Part shown: in pieces, positions 1 through 11,652 of the stretch
Layout: every line of letters starts with the position of its first letter
Numbering within the stretch: the first letter of the stretch is position 1
From: Candidatus Dadabacteria bacterium
GTDB lineage: Bacteria; Desulfobacterota_D; UBA1144; Nemesobacterales; Nemesobacteraceae
Length of the DNA stretch: 64,000 nucleotides
Direction of reading: 5' to 3'
NCBI GenBank assembly: GCA_009840385.1
Contig: VXNX01000003.1
Coordinates: forward strand, 21,311 to 85,310
The notes under the pieces: model-generated
What the model was told of the DNA's origin: nothing
Databases searched by the model: none
The model's input: only the letters and a program-made list of their open reading frames with translations
Translations under genes and position numbers: made by a program

Positions 1-729
1 GCGTGTTTTATTCTGTCAAGAGTTTCGTAGGCAGTGTCCTTGTCCTTGGCGATGGATACGAAAATGTATATGCACTTCTCAAAGTTCTCCGAGGCGGTTG
101 GATTCTCGCTCATGGCTTTTTCCACTTCGCTGAGCTTGCTTGAGAAAACCCATGTGGGCATCGCGTTCGTTACCCAGCCGTTCCCCAGCGCGCCGGCGAC
201 CCCGAGGGCTTTCGGGCCGGTCGCCGCTATGTATACCGGAACTTCTTCTCCGTTAACGGGACTTATTCTTACTTCGGCTTCGCTAAGAGAGTAGAACTCT
301 CCCTCAAAGGTCACCGTCTCGCCCGCCCAAAGCCGTCTCATGATGGGTACGGATTCCCGCAGGCGCGCAAGGGGCCTGTTCCAGTTTATGCCGTAGTAGT
401 CAAGATTCATCTTTTCCCCGTACCCAAGACAGCTGAACGCCCTTCCTCCCGAGAGGTTATCTATGGTCGCGAGCCTGTGGGCGAACATGGCGGGATGGGA
501 CCTGTGGGGGTCCCCGATGGCTCCAAGTCGGATTCTGTCCGTTTTTACCGCCGCAGCCGTGATTATGGACCACACTTCCGGAGTCAGTTTTTTCGCCATA
601 AACAGTATGTGGTCGGGAAACCATGCGGCATCGAAACCGGCCGCCTCGCAGCGGACGGCGAAATCCACGAGTTCGGTAACGGGTTTGCCCGGAAGGGGGG
701 CGGTAAGCCCGAAGCTGATTCTCTCACTC
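1..729 (-). CDS. LLM-class (luciferase-like) flavin-dependent oxidoreductase, F420/FMN-dependent methylene-H4MPT reductase-like. The start is at 729 and the C-terminus runs off the window edge.
   Basis: Hand translation of the minus strand from the ATG at 729 gives MSERISFGLTAPLPGKPVTELVDFAVRCEAAGFDAAWFPDHILFMAKK...GEFYSLSEAEVRISPVNGEEVPVYIAATGPKALGVAGALG, typical of luciferase-like monooxygenase TIM-barrel proteins. It is absent from the ORF track because it is truncated by the window start. Confidence 0.7.
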
Positions 730-734
730 ATTCT

Positions 735-1754
735 TTACTCCTCCTCGGGTTCTTTGGTGTCTTTCAAGAAATTCAGGAACTTGCTTACCATGTTGTATGA
801 ACCGATATATATCGGGGTTCTCTGGTGAAGTTCCGTCGGCTGAATATCGAGGGTTCTCTCCGCTCCGCTCGATGCAGCCCCTCCGGCCTGCTCCACTATG
901 AAAGCCATTGGATTGCACTCGTAGAGAAGCCTTAGTTTTCCGTTCGGAGAATCCGAGGTCTGCGGGTAGAGGAATATTCCCCCTTTGAGCAGGTTTCTGT
1001 GGATGTCGGCGACCATGGACCCGACATATCGAAGCGAAAGGCTTGAATTGTTTTCTCCATCCCTGCAGTGATCGAGATACTTTTTTACCTTGTCCGGGAA
1101 TTTCGGATAGTTATAGTAGTTGACCGAGAATATGCTGCCGTGGCTCGGGATCTTTATATTCGGATGGGAAAGGCAGAACTCTCCTATCGACGGGTCTAGG
1201 GTAAATCCGTTTACTCCATGCCCGGTGGTGTATACCAGCATGGTCGAAGAACCGTATATTATGTACCCGGCGGCCGTCTGGGCCTTGCCCGGCTGAAGAA
1301 AGTCCTCCTTTAGGCACGGGGAGAACATTTTTGACGTTCTTCTGTATACGGAGAATATGGTTCCCACCGACACGTTCACGTCTATGTTGGAAGAGCCGTC
1401 AAGAGGGTCTATCGCTATGACGTATTTTGAGTTCTTCGAGTTCTCATCGGAGAAGGCTATGAAATCCTCGTTTTCCTCAGACGCTACTCCCGCGCATTCT
1501 CCGCCATGTTCAAGCGCGGTCAGAAATTTTTCGTTTGCGTAGGAATCAAGCTTTCTTACCTCTTCCCCCTGAATGTTTATCTGGCCTGTTTTGCCCAGTA
1601 TGTCCGCGACCAAACCGGCTTTGTTTACTTCCCTGTGAACTATTTTTGCCGCGAACCCTATATCCCGAAGCAGCCTTGAAAGTTCCCCCGTGGAGTAGGG
1701 AAATTCATACTGATTTCTTATGATAAATTCGTCGAGAGTAGTTATTGAAACCAT
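735..1754 (-). CDS. fbp: fructose-1,6-bisphosphatase class 1
   Basis: The 339-aa product carries FBPase class-1 signatures ([81 protein letters not shown]). Confidence 0.9.
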   Translation of the reverse strand: MVSITTLDEFIIRNQYEFPYSTGELSRLLRDIGFAAKIVHREVNKAGLVADILGKTGQINIQGEEVRKLDSYANEKFLTALEHGGECAGVASEENEDFIAFSDENSKNSKYVIAIDPLDGSSNIDVNVSVGTIFSVYRRTSKMFSPCLKEDFLQPGKAQTAAGYIIYGSSTMLVYTTGHGVNGFTLDPSIGEFCLSHPNIKIPSHGSIFSVNYYNYPKFPDKVKKYLDHCRDGENNSSLSLRYVGSMVADIHRNLLKGGIFLYPQTSDSPNGKLRLLYECNPMAFIVEQAGGAASSGAERTLDIQPTELHQRTPIYIGSYNMVSKFLNFLKDTKEPEEE

Positions 1755-1935
1755 GTTGCGAGTTGTTCTAGAGAAAGGTCACGACAAAACGCTTTTCCAT
1801 AAGAGTTTAACTGAATCGGCGGAGTTAATTAAGGGGAGATCGATTAATAATGATTGGAGAAAAAGCGTTTCAGCTCGAGAAGCGACGTGGACTTGCGGAT
1901 AGGACAATTGTTAAGATCCCTTGGTTCATATTCGC

Positions 1936-2472
1936 TCACTCAAAGTCCGGTTCCTCTTTTCCTTCCCGCAGTTCCCGGAATTTTTCTAGGCTTTTGTCGA
2001 GGTTATCCGGTGCCTGTTCCCTGAGAATGTGGTATCCGGTTACGACTTTGGGCGCCAGAACGGAATTTTTAACGAAAGGAGAATCTTCCCCCACAAATTG
2101 TTTTACCCCCACTACCACGAGGTAGCAGAGCAGCAGACCGATGATAAATCCCATCGCTCCGCCGAGAAGGTGATCAATCCACCCCATATTGATTTTTTCC
2201 ATCACGTCCGTCAGGAAACGCGAGAGATAATGTATGAGTATGTATGCGGAGCAGGCTGCGATCAGGAATCCCAGAATATTTGAGATTTCCGGCTCGGCGA
2301 TAATGTTTTTCTCGAGCAGGAGATTCCCCAGCGACTCATGGAAAAAAAAGCCCAGCGCTATTCCCCCTATTATGGCTGCGAGGGAGAAAACCTGCCTTAT
2401 AAGTCCTGATCTGAGTCCCGTTGCGAAACAGATCAGAATTATGCATAGGAGTAAGATATCGAAAAGGTTCAA
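1936..2472 (-). CDS. cvpA: CvpA family membrane protein (colicin V production protein-like)
   Basis: The 178-aa product has four hydrophobic helices and the CvpA-like layout (MNLFDILLL...GFLIAACSAYILIHYLSRFL...). Confidence 0.7.
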   Translation of the reverse strand: MNLFDILLLCIILICFATGLRSGLIRQVFSLAAIIGGIALGFFFHESLGNLLLEKNIIAEPEISNILGFLIAACSAYILIHYLSRFLTDVMEKINMGWIDHLLGGAMGFIIGLLLCYLVVVGVKQFVGEDSPFVKNSVLAPKVVTGYHILREQAPDNLDKSLEKFRELREGKEEPDFE

Positions 2473-2602
2473 ATCAGTTTACCGTTACGGTTTTGCGGGC
2501 TATCTTACGAAAAATTTCATTTGAGAAAAGAAACTTACATTAGGTTCAAGGCGGTGTCCAATCTTTGACTTGTGGGGTTCGTTTATATAGTCTAAGCGTC
2601 CG

Positions 2603-3586
2603 ATGGAGTTCTCGGACATAATTGAGATAATTCACCCAAGCCTCGCGGAGACGGAGAGGAAAATCGATGAATTCATAAAATCCGACGTTCCGCTGGTTTA
2701 CGAGATAGCTAAGTACCTGCTTGGCGGAGGGGGAAAGAGAATCAGGCCTTCCCTTGTTCTGCTCTCAAGCGCGGCCTGCGGGCTTACTGAGGGAGAGAAC
2801 AGGATTGCGGCCGCCGCGGGCATTGAACTTTTCCACGCCGGCACACTTTTTCACGACGACGTGGTAGACCAGGCGGAATTCAGAAGGGGAAACGCCTCTT
2901 CAAATATGGTCTGGGGGAACAAACCCACCGTGCTGGTGGGGGATTTTATGCTGGCGCGGGGCCTTGAGCTGATATACAGTTGCGGCAGTCTTGAACTTCT
3001 GAGGGTGGTTTCGAGGGCCTCGTCGCGTCTTGCCGAGGGCCACGTGCTCGAGATCATGAGCGAAAGAAAGATGATTGAAATTTCCGAGGATTTCTGCTTC
3101 TCCGTGATTGATCACAAAACGGCGGCGCTCATTGAGTGCTCTACAGAGACCGGAGCGCTTCTGGCAAACACCTCGAACGGAGCGATCAGGGCCCTTTCAC
3201 ATTACGGCCACAATATAGGAATAGCGTTTCAGCTTATAGACGATGCGCTTGATTACTGTTCGGAAGAAAACAAGTTCGGAAAAAAGACCGGCCAGGATCT
3301 TGCTGAACGCAAAATGACCCTTCCGCTTTACTACTCGATTGAAAACGCCCCGGAAGACGTAAAACGCAGAGTAATCGAAACGCTCGACAAGGAAGACGAT
3401 CTCAATAGTTCCGAGATAGAGGAAATAATGGAGGTCGTAAGCCATTACCGCGGGGTTGATCTGACCAGGCAGCGCGCAAAGGAGTTTGTCGTCGATGCGA
3501 AAAGATCTCTGGACGGGATAGCGCAGAGCAATTATAAAGAGTCCCTGGACCACCTCGCCGATTACGTGGCTGAGAGAGATTTCTGA
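2603..3586 (+). CDS. polyprenyl diphosphate synthase (IspB / GGPP synthase family)
   Basis: The 327-aa product has both aspartate-rich motifs of trans-prenyltransferases (LFHDDVVD and FQLIDDALDY). Confidence 0.85.
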   Translation: MEFSDIIEIIHPSLAETERKIDEFIKSDVPLVYEIAKYLLGGGGKRIRPSLVLLSSAACGLTEGENRIAAAAGIELFHAGTLFHDDVVDQAEFRRGNASSNMVWGNKPTVLVGDFMLARGLELIYSCGSLELLRVVSRASSRLAEGHVLEIMSERKMIEISEDFCFSVIDHKTAALIECSTETGALLANTSNGAIRALSHYGHNIGIAFQLIDDALDYCSEENKFGKKTGQDLAERKMTLPLYYSIENAPEDVKRRVIETLDKEDDLNSSEIEEIMEVVSHYRGVDLTRQRAKEFVVDAKRSLDGIAQSNYKESLDHLADYVAERDF

Positions 3587-4035
3587 TAGTAATGGTCAAG
3601 AGCAAGGCCCATGACATAAGCGTCCCCCCTGCCCCTGCCGTAGTAGTTCTTGCGCGTTCTTACGATTTCAAACCCGAGTTTTTCGTAAAGAGCGATTGCC
3701 GGGGTATTTGTCGTTCTTACCTCGAGAATAACTGAGAGGGCTCCCATTTTCTCGTAAAAATTAAACGTGTCGGAAAGCAGTTCCCTCGCTACTCCCTTTC
3801 TTCTGTGGCAAGGTGACACGGCGATCTTGAATACGTGGATTTCGTCGTAGATAAGAGTGGATATTGAGTAGCCCGCAACGTCTTCGTCGGTTCCGTTTAT
3901 GGCGATATTGCAGAAAAATCCGGGTTTTTTGATGTAATCTGCGAGTATCTGTTTCGGCCACGGGGAAATGAAGGACTCGTTTTCGATTTTCACGATCTCG
4001 TTTATGTATTTCGGTGAGATGGATTTTATAATCAT
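3562..4035 (-). CDS. rimI: ribosomal-protein-alanine N-acetyltransferase (GNAT)
   Basis: The 157-aa product has a GNAT fold motif (HVFKIAVSPCHRRKGVARELL...LEVRTTNTPAIALYEKLGFE) and is RimI-like. Its 3' end overlaps the convergent polyprenyl synthase by 25 bp. Confidence 0.75.
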   Translation of the reverse strand: MIIKSISPKYINEIVKIENESFISPWPKQILADYIKKPGFFCNIAINGTDEDVAGYSISTLIYDEIHVFKIAVSPCHRRKGVARELLSDTFNFYEKMGALSVILEVRTTNTPAIALYEKLGFEIVRTRKNYYGRGRGDAYVMGLALDHYYQKSLSAT

Positions 4036-5057
4036 TTTTCTTCAGGCGAGGGGGGCAATCCGAGCTTTTCAAAGTAAAGGTCAAGTAGATTTGCGGCTCC
4101 CGTGTAAGGATCCGTTTTTCCTTCCATCACTTCCCTCTCCACTTCGCCGAGCGTTTTCTTGATCAGGGCGTTTTCGTAAAAGCTGTCCTCAAGATTCTGG
4201 GCGAGCGCCTCGTGAAGGCGGTATTTCGCCTGCTTTTTTCTTTTCTCCATAAAATATCCGCTCTCTCTGCAGAGCTTTTCATATTCCTCGACGCATTGCC
4301 AGATTTCTTTTATCCCGTAGCCCGTAACTGAGGAGCAGGCGTAAGATTTGGGAACCCACCCGGATTCGGGTGGCTTATGAAATCTGAGCGCTTCTTCCAT
4401 TTCCTGTTTCATAAGCTCCGCCTTTTTCTTGTTCCGCCCGTCCGCTTTTGTTATCAATACGGCATCGGCGCGTTCAATTATTCCCTTTTTTATCCCCTGA
4501 ATATCGTCTCCCGCTCCGGTAATCATCAGCAGCATGAAGAAATCGACCATGGAATGACATGTGATCTCTGACTGTCCGACTCCCACCGTTTCTATGATAA
4601 TCGTGTCAAACCCCGCAGCCTCGCAGAGAATCACCGCGTCGCTTGTCTTTTTCGAAACTCCTCCGAGAGAACCGGCCGAAGGAGAAGGCCTTATGTAAAC
4701 GTTTTCGTGCCGGGAGAGCTCCTGCATTCTGAGTTTGTCGCCGAGAACGCTTCCTCCCGTTTCGCTGCTCGTGGGATCAATTGCGAGCACCGCTATCTTC
4801 TTTCCGCACTCGCGAGCGAGGTAGAGGCCCAGGGATTCTATGAAGCTGCTTTTTCCGACTCCTGGTATGCCCGTGATCCCCACCCTTATGGATTTTCCGG
4901 ATCGCGGCAGACACCAAGTGATTACTTCCTGCGCAAGCTTCTTGTGTTCGGGCAGGGTGCTTTCCGCTAGAGTTATCGCTCTGCTCAGAACTGGTATTTC
5001 TCCCTTGCTTATACCCTTGCGGTAGGCTTCAGCTTGCGTTTTTCTGCGCGGCTTCAT
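4032..5057 (-). CDS. meaB: methylmalonyl-CoA mutase-associated GTPase MeaB (ArgK family)
   Basis: The 341-aa product has the P-loop [18 protein letters not shown] and the MeaB/ArgK architecture. It lies immediately downstream of the mutase large subunit, with a 4-bp start/stop overlap. Confidence 0.9.
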   Translation of the reverse strand: MKPRRKTQAEAYRKGISKGEIPVLSRAITLAESTLPEHKKLAQEVITWCLPRSGKSIRVGITGIPGVGKSSFIESLGLYLARECGKKIAVLAIDPTSSETGGSVLGDKLRMQELSRHENVYIRPSPSAGSLGGVSKKTSDAVILCEAAGFDTIIIETVGVGQSEITCHSMVDFFMLLMITGAGDDIQGIKKGIIERADAVLITKADGRNKKKAELMKQEMEEALRFHKPPESGWVPKSYACSSVTGYGIKEIWQCVEEYEKLCRESGYFMEKRKKQAKYRLHEALAQNLEDSFYENALIKKTLGEVEREVMEGKTDPYTGAANLLDLYFEKLGLPPSPEEK

Positions 5058-7192
5058 GTTCGGGTTTCCACAAGTGGCAGGAGTATGGCTTCAGCCGCTA
5101 CGGACAGCACGGTTCCCGGACCGAATACCTGAGAGACGCCGGCATCCCTGAGATAATCGTAATCGCGTTTTGGGATAACCCCTCCCGCCACTACCATTAT
5201 ATCATCCGCCCCCATCTGGCTGAGTTTTTCTATCAGCTCTGGGATGAGCGTTTTGTGACCGGCGGCCAGGCTTGATATTCCGATTATATGGACGTCGTTT
5301 TCGACCGCCTGCCTTGCGGCTTCTTCGGGGGTCTGAAAAAGTGGGCCTATGTCCACGTCGAAACCGAGATCGGCAAAACCCGTAGCTATTATCTTCGCCC
5401 CGCGGTCATGGCCGTCCTGCCCCATCTTGGCAACCAGTATTCTGGGTCTTCTTCCTTCCAGCGAGGCGAAGCGGTCGGCAAGCTCTCTCGCCTTGGCGAA
5501 TCCGGCATCCTTCGAGATTTCCGAGGAATATACTCCCGAGATCGTGCGCCATCCGGGCTGGTATCTTCCCCATACCTCTTCACACGCGTCCGATATCTCT
5601 CCGAGCGTGGCATTCTCCCTCGCGGCTTCAACCGCCAGGGAAAGAAGGTTCCCTTCTCCCGTTCTGGCGCATTCAGTGATCTTCCTGAGCACGCGCTCCA
5701 CCGCCTTAGAGTCTCTATTTTCCCTCAGCTTCTCCAGTCTTTTAATCTGATTCTGCCTCACCCTGCGGTTATCTACTTCCAGTATATCGAATTCTTCCTG
5801 TACGTCCGGGTTGTATCTGTTGACTCCTACTATAACGTCTTTTCCCGAATCTATCCTCGCCTGCTTCCGGGCCGCCGCTTCCTCGATCCTCATTTTCGGT
5901 ATGCCGGTTTCTATGGCTTTGGACATTCCGCCGAGCTCTTCTATTTCCATTATGAGTTCCCAGGCCTTTCTCGCCAGTTCGTGGGTAAGGTACTCGACGT
6001 AGTAGGATCCCGCCCAGGGATCGATCAACCTGCATATATCGGTTTCTTTCTGAAGATAAAGCTGGGTGTTTCTCGCTATCCTGGCGGAAAAGTCGGTGGG
6101 AAGGGCGATGGCTTCGTCAAGGGCGTTTGTATGGAGCGACTGAGTGCCGCCGAGCACCGCACTCAGGGCTTCAACGCAGGTTCTCGTCACGTTGTTAAAC
6201 GGATCCTGTTCCGTAAGACTCCATCCCGAGGTCTGGCAGTGGGTTCTGAGCATAAGCGATTGCGGACTCTTGGGGTTAAACTGATTGACGATCTTGGCCC
6301 AGAGCATCCTGGCGGCCCTCATTTTCGCGATTTCCATGAAATGGTCCATGCCTATTCCCCAGAAAAAGGAGATTCTGGGAGCGAAGTCGTCAATATCGAG
6401 TCCCGCATCAACTCCCGCTCTTAAGTATTCAAGTCCGTCCGCCAAGGTGTAGGCGAGCTCTATGTCTGACGTGGCGCCCGCTTCTTCCATGTGATAGCCG
6501 CTTACGCTTATTGAGTTGAACTTCGGCATGTTCTTTGACGTGTATTCGAAGATGTCCGAGACTATCTTCATCGAGAATTCGGGCGGATAAATATAGGTGT
6601 TCCTTACCATGAACTCCTTTAGTATGTCGTTTTGGATCGTGCCGTTCAGTTTTTCCGGTCCCACTCCCTGGCGCTCCGCTACGACGATGTAGAAAGCCAT
6701 AATCGGCAGAACCGCGCCGTTCATGGTCATGGAAACCGAAATTTGATCAAGAGGTATTCGGTCAAGAAGAATTTCCATGTCGAGTATCGAGTCTATCGCC
6801 ACGCCTGCCTTTCCGACGTCTCCCGAGACCCTGGGATGATCCGAGTCGTACCCCCGGTGGGTAGGAAGATCAAAGGCTATGGAAAGCCCTTTCTGTCCCG
6901 CGGCAAGGTTCCTCCTGTAAAACGCGTTTGATTCCTCCGCAGTGGAAAAGCCGGCGTACTGCCTGATAGTCCAAGGCCTTGAGATGTACATGGTCGGATA
7001 GGGACCGCGAAGGTAGGGAGGAACTCCCGAGACGAATCCCAGATGTTCCGTGTCGCTTAGGTCGTCGCGTACATAAAGCGTCTTTATGTCTATTTTCTCC
7101 GGTGATTCACGTATTATATCTCCGCTCTCCTGGGAGCTGTCACTCCGGCCTGAGCCCACGCAGAGTTCTATTTTCGAAAAATCAGGTCTCAT
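5054..7192 (-). CDS. scpA: methylmalonyl-CoA mutase large (alpha) subunit with a C-terminal B12-binding domain
   Basis: The 712-aa product has an MCM catalytic TIM barrel plus the cobalamin-binding motif ([40 protein letters not shown]). Confidence 0.92.
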   Translation of the reverse strand: MRPDFSKIELCVGSGRSDSSQESGDIIRESPEKIDIKTLYVRDDLSDTEHLGFVSGVPPYLRGPYPTMYISRPWTIRQYAGFSTAEESNAFYRRNLAAGQKGLSIAFDLPTHRGYDSDHPRVSGDVGKAGVAIDSILDMEILLDRIPLDQISVSMTMNGAVLPIMAFYIVVAERQGVGPEKLNGTIQNDILKEFMVRNTYIYPPEFSMKIVSDIFEYTSKNMPKFNSISVSGYHMEEAGATSDIELAYTLADGLEYLRAGVDAGLDIDDFAPRISFFWGIGMDHFMEIAKMRAARMLWAKIVNQFNPKSPQSLMLRTHCQTSGWSLTEQDPFNNVTRTCVEALSAVLGGTQSLHTNALDEAIALPTDFSARIARNTQLYLQKETDICRLIDPWAGSYYVEYLTHELARKAWELIMEIEELGGMSKAIETGIPKMRIEEAAARKQARIDSGKDVIVGVNRYNPDVQEEFDILEVDNRRVRQNQIKRLEKLRENRDSKAVERVLRKITECARTGEGNLLSLAVEAARENATLGEISDACEEVWGRYQPGWRTISGVYSSEISKDAGFAKARELADRFASLEGRRPRILVAKMGQDGHDRGAKIIATGFADLGFDVDIGPLFQTPEEAARQAVENDVHIIGISSLAAGHKTLIPELIEKLSQMGADDIMVVAGGVIPKRDYDYLRDAGVSQVFGPGTVLSVAAEAILLPLVETRT

Positions 7193-9108
7193 TGTTCGAT
7201 CTCACCCAACAGAAGTATCTGCTGATATTTTTCAAGCACCTCAAGAACATCCGAATCCGAGTTGATGAAGTCATCCGCTCCCGCATGTGCGAGCTTCTCG
7301 GTTACGTTTTGTGGGCCGCCTGGAACAACGGTTTTTATTCCCGCTTTTTTGTTCTTGAGTCTTTTTATCGCTTCCTCCGCGGACTGTTCGTAATCCTTGT
7401 CGGAACCGCAGAGCACCACCGCGAGAGGGCTCTCACGAAGAGCTGCCGTGACTCCCTTGCCAATTCCCGGACTTTCGGCCCCGTCAATTACCGTGAACCC
7501 GCCGCATCCGAAAAAGTTCATCGAAAAAACCGATCTTGCGATTGTCTGCGGAGAGCCGCTCAGATGAAGCAGGAAAACTTTCGGCGCCCCGCCCGTTCCT
7601 TCAGCGAGTTCTTCGCTTAAAAGCCTTATTCTCTCAAACCCTTGGGCTGCTCTTGATTCCGCGATGGGTTCTACCGTCCGGGCTGAGCCGTCTGTCTCTT
7701 TTTCCGCGGGCGCGGTTTTCCGGACATGCTCTATCATCCTCTCCAGAGGATTGGGAAACTCGTTTGTTCCGACAAGCGTTTTTTTCCTCCGGGAAATGTC
7801 GAGGAGGGTTTTTTCTCTGCTTTCTTTGACCGCGTTCTGTATGAACCCGCTCCTGAGGCATTCAAGATAGCCGCCTTCTCTCTCTATTTCCTGGAACAAC
7901 TCGAGGGATTTCCGTGAGATGGACTGCGTCAGCTCCTCTATGTGATAGGAGCCGCCTCCGGGATCAGTGACCGCGTCGAGACGGGACTCATTCTTAATCA
8001 GAAGCTGAATGTTTCTCGCCACTCGCCTCGAGAATTCATCGGGTTCCCTGTGGCGGGCGTCAAAGGGTTCCACTGTTAGGGAATCCGCTCCCCCGATTAC
8101 CGACGCCATGGCTTCAAGTGTGGCCCGCGGTATGTTTACGTGAGAGTCATAGATGGTTTTGTTAAAGGTCGTGGTGCGGCAGTGGATCCTCATTTTTGCG
8201 GACTCGGCGGATGCGGGGGTGAATTTTTCCGCGACGTTTGCCCAGAGCGCCCTTGCGGCGCGAAGCTTGGCGATTTCCGCGAAGTAGCTTGAACCGGTGG
8301 AGAAGGAAAAAACGAGGTGGCGGCAGGCGGAATCTGCGTCGACGCCCCTTTGGCGGAGCATGACCAGGTACTCGACCGCGGCGGCAATCGTGAAAGCAAG
8401 CTCCTGGGTTATCGTTGCCCCCGAGTCTTTATACGTTGAGCTTTTCACCGAAAACGCCGCATAACCGGGTACGGCATCGGAGAGATATTCGATGGTTTTC
8501 GCGATTTTCTCCACATGCTTCTCAAGCGGCGTCACGAGGTGCCCGCGTGCGAGCAGTTCGGAGAGAGGGTCAAAAAAAACCGCCCCGCTAAGCTCCTGGG
8601 TGTCGATTCCCTTTTTCCTGCATGCGGAGATGAAAAGCGCGCAGATTTTTTCCGGGTCTTCTCTCAGTGCGAAATTGATTCTGGTGCGCAGGGGATCTAT
8701 GTCTTTTATAAGGGTCTCGATTGCCCCGCGTTTTATTTTCGTTTCCAGGATGAAGGTAAGCGAATCCGCTCCGCCTTTTATGGCGGCAAGCGCGTCGCGC
8801 ACGGCGTCTTTTGGGTCGGCAAGTTTTACGTCTTCGCTCAGAAACCAGGTGTTATCTTTTCTTCTGGTTCCCCGGACAAACGGAAATTCTCCCGGAAGCT
8901 GATTCTCCCGGAAGGAAAAACCCTCGGTTTCCTCTTCGGTGTAGAAAGGCTCGACCGCTATGCCGTCTTCTGTGTGCCATATGAAATCTTCGTAGGATCC
9001 CAGCTTTGCGAACCTTTTCTCAACTTGTTTTTTCCAGCTTTCTTTCGATACGCTTGGAAAATCGCCGAAAAGAAGGGTTTGTTCACGTTTTTCTTTCGCT
9101 TTGCCCAT
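7189..9108 (-). CDS. mutA: methylmalonyl-CoA mutase small (beta) subunit
   Basis: The 639-aa MCM-family protein lacks the canonical B12-binding DxHxxG motif. It lies upstream of and overlaps the alpha subunit by 4 bp. Confidence 0.8.
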   Translation of the reverse strand: MGKAKEKREQTLLFGDFPSVSKESWKKQVEKRFAKLGSYEDFIWHTEDGIAVEPFYTEEETEGFSFRENQLPGEFPFVRGTRRKDNTWFLSEDVKLADPKDAVRDALAAIKGGADSLTFILETKIKRGAIETLIKDIDPLRTRINFALREDPEKICALFISACRKKGIDTQELSGAVFFDPLSELLARGHLVTPLEKHVEKIAKTIEYLSDAVPGYAAFSVKSSTYKDSGATITQELAFTIAAAVEYLVMLRQRGVDADSACRHLVFSFSTGSSYFAEIAKLRAARALWANVAEKFTPASAESAKMRIHCRTTTFNKTIYDSHVNIPRATLEAMASVIGGADSLTVEPFDARHREPDEFSRRVARNIQLLIKNESRLDAVTDPGGGSYHIEELTQSISRKSLELFQEIEREGGYLECLRSGFIQNAVKESREKTLLDISRRKKTLVGTNEFPNPLERMIEHVRKTAPAEKETDGSARTVEPIAESRAAQGFERIRLLSEELAEGTGGAPKVFLLHLSGSPQTIARSVFSMNFFGCGGFTVIDGAESPGIGKGVTAALRESPLAVVLCGSDKDYEQSAEEAIKRLKNKKAGIKTVVPGGPQNVTEKLAHAGADDFINSDSDVLEVLEKYQQILLLGEIEQ

Positions 9109-9318
9109 AAGTTTCTCCGCGCCTCTTTCCCGCCACGCTGACGGCCGCGAGGTGTCGGGCAGATGCCTCCCCGATTTTTCCTCCGTAAATTGTACTCTCT
9201 AATTTGCTTATGCCAACATACTGAAACCGTTTGAATTTCGATTCACCCGCGCGTAGCCGCGGTGCCGGCCGGGTTCCTCTAATTGTTATTTGCTTTTTTC
9301 AGCTTTAATATTAAACAG

Positions 9319-9993
9319 GTGTCTGGAAAAGCGGTTGTAATGGTTTCAGGAGGCATAGACAGTTCCACTCTCTGCTACAAGGCGGTGCGGGAAGGTTACG
9401 ATGTTTCGCCTCTTACGTTTATCTACGGGCAAAAGCATGAAAAGGAAGTCCTTTCCTCGGAGAATATATGCCGCCATCTGGGACTTCGACCCAATGTAGT
9501 TGATCTTTCTTCGGTAAGCGTTCTTTTCGGTGCCTCTGCGCTTACCGACCGTGAGGTCGAGATTCCGAGGGTCTCCGCATCCACAAGCAATTACGAAACT
9601 CTTTCCACCACAGTCGTTCCGAACCGAAACGCCATTTTTCTTTCTCTGGCGGTCGCCTATTCCCAGAGCATCGGCTGTGACGTTGTGTTCTACGGCGCGC
9701 ATCATTCCGACAGGGGGGTGTATCCCGACTGCCGCGCGGAGTTTGTTTCGGCTTTCGAGGAAGCAGAAAGGCTTGCAACGGATAACGAGCGGCTTACCAT
9801 AGTTGCCCCGTTTGTGGACATGGACAAATCAGGGATAGTTAAGCTCGGCTCGCGCCTTGGAGTTCCTTTTAAGGACACGTGGTCGTGTTATGTGGGCTCC
9901 CGGGTGCACTGCGGCACCTGCAGTTCCTGCAGGGAGAGAAAAAGAGCTTTTATCGAAGCGGAAGTGGGCGATCCGACCGAATACGAAGCGTAA
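9319..9993 (+). CDS. queC: 7-cyano-7-deazaguanine synthase QueC
   Basis: The N-terminal PP-loop (AVVMVSGGIDSST) and the C-terminal zinc motif (CGTCSSCRER) are present. The track ORF starts at a TTG at 9283, but the likely start is the GTG near 9319 or the ATG at 9340. Confidence 0.88.
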   Translation: MSGKAVVMVSGGIDSSTLCYKAVREGYDVSPLTFIYGQKHEKEVLSSENICRHLGLRPNVVDLSSVSVLFGASALTDREVEIPRVSASTSNYETLSTTVVPNRNAIFLSLAVAYSQSIGCDVVFYGAHHSDRGVYPDCRAEFVSAFEEAERLATDNERLTIVAPFVDMDKSGIVKLGSRLGVPFKDTWSCYVGSRVHCGTCSSCRERKRAFIEAEVGDPTEYEA

Positions 9994-9998
9994 TTGTG

Positions 9999-10640
9999 AT
10001 GAAGGTAAGCGAGATTTTCTTTTCAATACAGGGGGAGGGAGTTCATATCGGGCTGCCGACGGTTTTTCTCAGGCTTTTCGCCTGTGATCTCAGATGCAGC
10101 TGGTGCGATACAATGTACGCCGTGGAAGGAACCGATTTCCGGGAGATTGAAACCGCAGAGGTGCTGAGCAGGATCCTGGGGTACGGCTGCTCCCGTGTCT
10201 GCATAACCGGCGGGGAACCGCTTATACAGCGTGACGCCGTGGAGGAGGTGACGGAATTTCTGCTTGAAAGGGATTTTGTCGTAGTGCTTGAAACAAGCGG
10301 ACACAAGAAGCCCCCCGGGATTTTCTCTCATCCGAATTCTGTTGTGAGCATGGACTGCAAATGTCCCGGTTCCGGCATGGACTCCAAGATGGATTTTTCA
10401 CTTTACGACGCCTTGGGGGAAAAGGACCAGCTTAAGTTCGTAATAGCCGACGACGCGGACTACGAGTACGCGATGGGCGTTATAGCGAAGCGTCGTATCA
10501 GGGCTTCGATTATATTCCAGCCTGTCTACGGCACAAAAGCGGACTGGATAGCGGAGAGGGTTCTTCGCGACCGCATGGAAGACGTAAGGGTGCTTCCGCA
10601 GCTTCACAAAATATTCTGGGGAGAAAAAAGAGGCGTTTAG
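9999..10640 (+). CDS. queE: 7-carboxy-7-deazaguanine synthase QueE (radical SAM)
   Basis: The product begins MKVSEIFFSIQGEGVHIGLPTVFLRLFACDLRCSWCDT and has the QueE-type radical-SAM cluster motif CxxxCxxC. It starts 6 bp after queC. Confidence 0.88.
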   Translation: MKVSEIFFSIQGEGVHIGLPTVFLRLFACDLRCSWCDTMYAVEGTDFREIETAEVLSRILGYGCSRVCITGGEPLIQRDAVEEVTEFLLERDFVVVLETSGHKKPPGIFSHPNSVVSMDCKCPGSGMDSKMDFSLYDALGEKDQLKFVIADDADYEYAMGVIAKRRIRASIIFQPVYGTKADWIAERVLRDRMEDVRVLPQLHKIFWGEKRGV

Positions 10641-10770
10641 CCTTCTTGGATGGCTTTTTAACCTCGTCGCCTTTTTTTATTTTTTCAAGCTTTTTGTTGC
10701 TATTGTGTTAGAATTCAGGGTATAAAAGGTAGGTTGTGGGGATGGGTTAAGAGTCGAGGAGAGAGCCACG

Positions 10771-11634
10771 ATGGAAGAGCATATAGAAGATTACAATTAC
10801 GAGCCTTTTGCCGATACCGAAGAGTACAGAAAGGTAAACGGCGATATGACCAGGAGCTGGATCCAGATAATGGCTGACAGAGGGGTCGAGAGTCTAGACA
10901 GGTTCCTTGATATCGCTACGGGCGCGGGCACCATGGCGCAGCTTTTTTTCGATATGCTTCCCGCAAACTTCAAGGAATCCGCGGTCTTCTGCCTTGACCA
11001 GTCGTCCGGCGCTCTCAAGCTTGCCAAGCGCAGACTTGAAAAAGAGATTGACAAGCTGACCCTTATCAATTCGTCCATACAGGAACTTGATCTGCCCCCC
11101 AAGAGTCTTGACGTGGCGATATGGGGTAACGGCATCCACTACCTTGACGAAGAGGAGCAGCTGAAGAGCCTCAGGGCGATCAAAAAAGCGCTTAAACCTG
11201 GAGGCTGGTTCTTTTTCAATACTGCTTTCTACGAAGAGGCGAGACCCGCGGAGACCATACCTTTTTACAGAACCCAGGTGAAAAACGCCGTTCAGTTCTT
11301 AAAAAAGCAGGGAGTGAAGAGAGTAAAGATTGAAAGAAAAGCCGAGGCCGCGAAGTTTCACCCGCGTTCTTACTACGAGGAACTCGTAAGCCAGGTGGGA
11401 TTTGATCTTGTCGATGCCCGGGAATTCGCCGCTGACCTTACGAAAGAAGCGTGGGAACATATAAGCTCCTTCCAGCAGTATGCTTCCGGCGCCCTTCACG
11501 GATATCCGGATGAGGCTGCTTCCGACGCGATGAAAAACGCGGTTGAGCCCGCCATTCTTCTGCACGGGGAAGTGAATGAGGACGGCGACCACTTCGTTAC
11601 CAGGAACTGGCTTTCCATAAGCGCGCAGGCGTGA
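10771..11634 (+). CDS. class I SAM-dependent methyltransferase
   Basis: The 287-aa product has a Rossmann MTase motif I (FLDIATGAGTMA) and a post-II region (LKPGGWFFFNT). Confidence 0.75.
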   Translation: MEEHIEDYNYEPFADTEEYRKVNGDMTRSWIQIMADRGVESLDRFLDIATGAGTMAQLFFDMLPANFKESAVFCLDQSSGALKLAKRRLEKEIDKLTLINSSIQELDLPPKSLDVAIWGNGIHYLDEEEQLKSLRAIKKALKPGGWFFFNTAFYEEARPAETIPFYRTQVKNAVQFLKKQGVKRVKIERKAEAAKFHPRSYYEELVSQVGFDLVDAREFAADLTKEAWEHISSFQQYASGALHGYPDEAASDAMKNAVEPAILLHGEVNEDGDHFVTRNWLSISAQA

Positions 11635-11652
11635 TCTTACGCCGCGGGAACG

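Noticed and set aside
34-828. Plus-strand ORFs (34-294, 463-828, 477-800) at the window start.
   Set aside because: They lie antisense to a clear minus-strand LLM-family oxidoreductase whose translation is coherent from the ATG at 729 to the window edge.
5288-6424. A 378-aa ORF on the plus strand.
   Set aside because: It is entirely antisense to the methylmalonyl-CoA mutase large-subunit gene, with an Arg/Gly/Ser-rich low-complexity translation and no motifs. It is a typical shadow ORF in a GC-rich coding region.
9109-9320. A possible preQ1 riboswitch upstream of queC.
   Set aside because: The leader has a GC hairpin (GCCGGCCGGGTTCC), but the downstream tail is U-rich rather than the A-rich AAAAAACUA-type tail of preQ1-I. 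No convincing P1/tail architecture could be drawn by eye.
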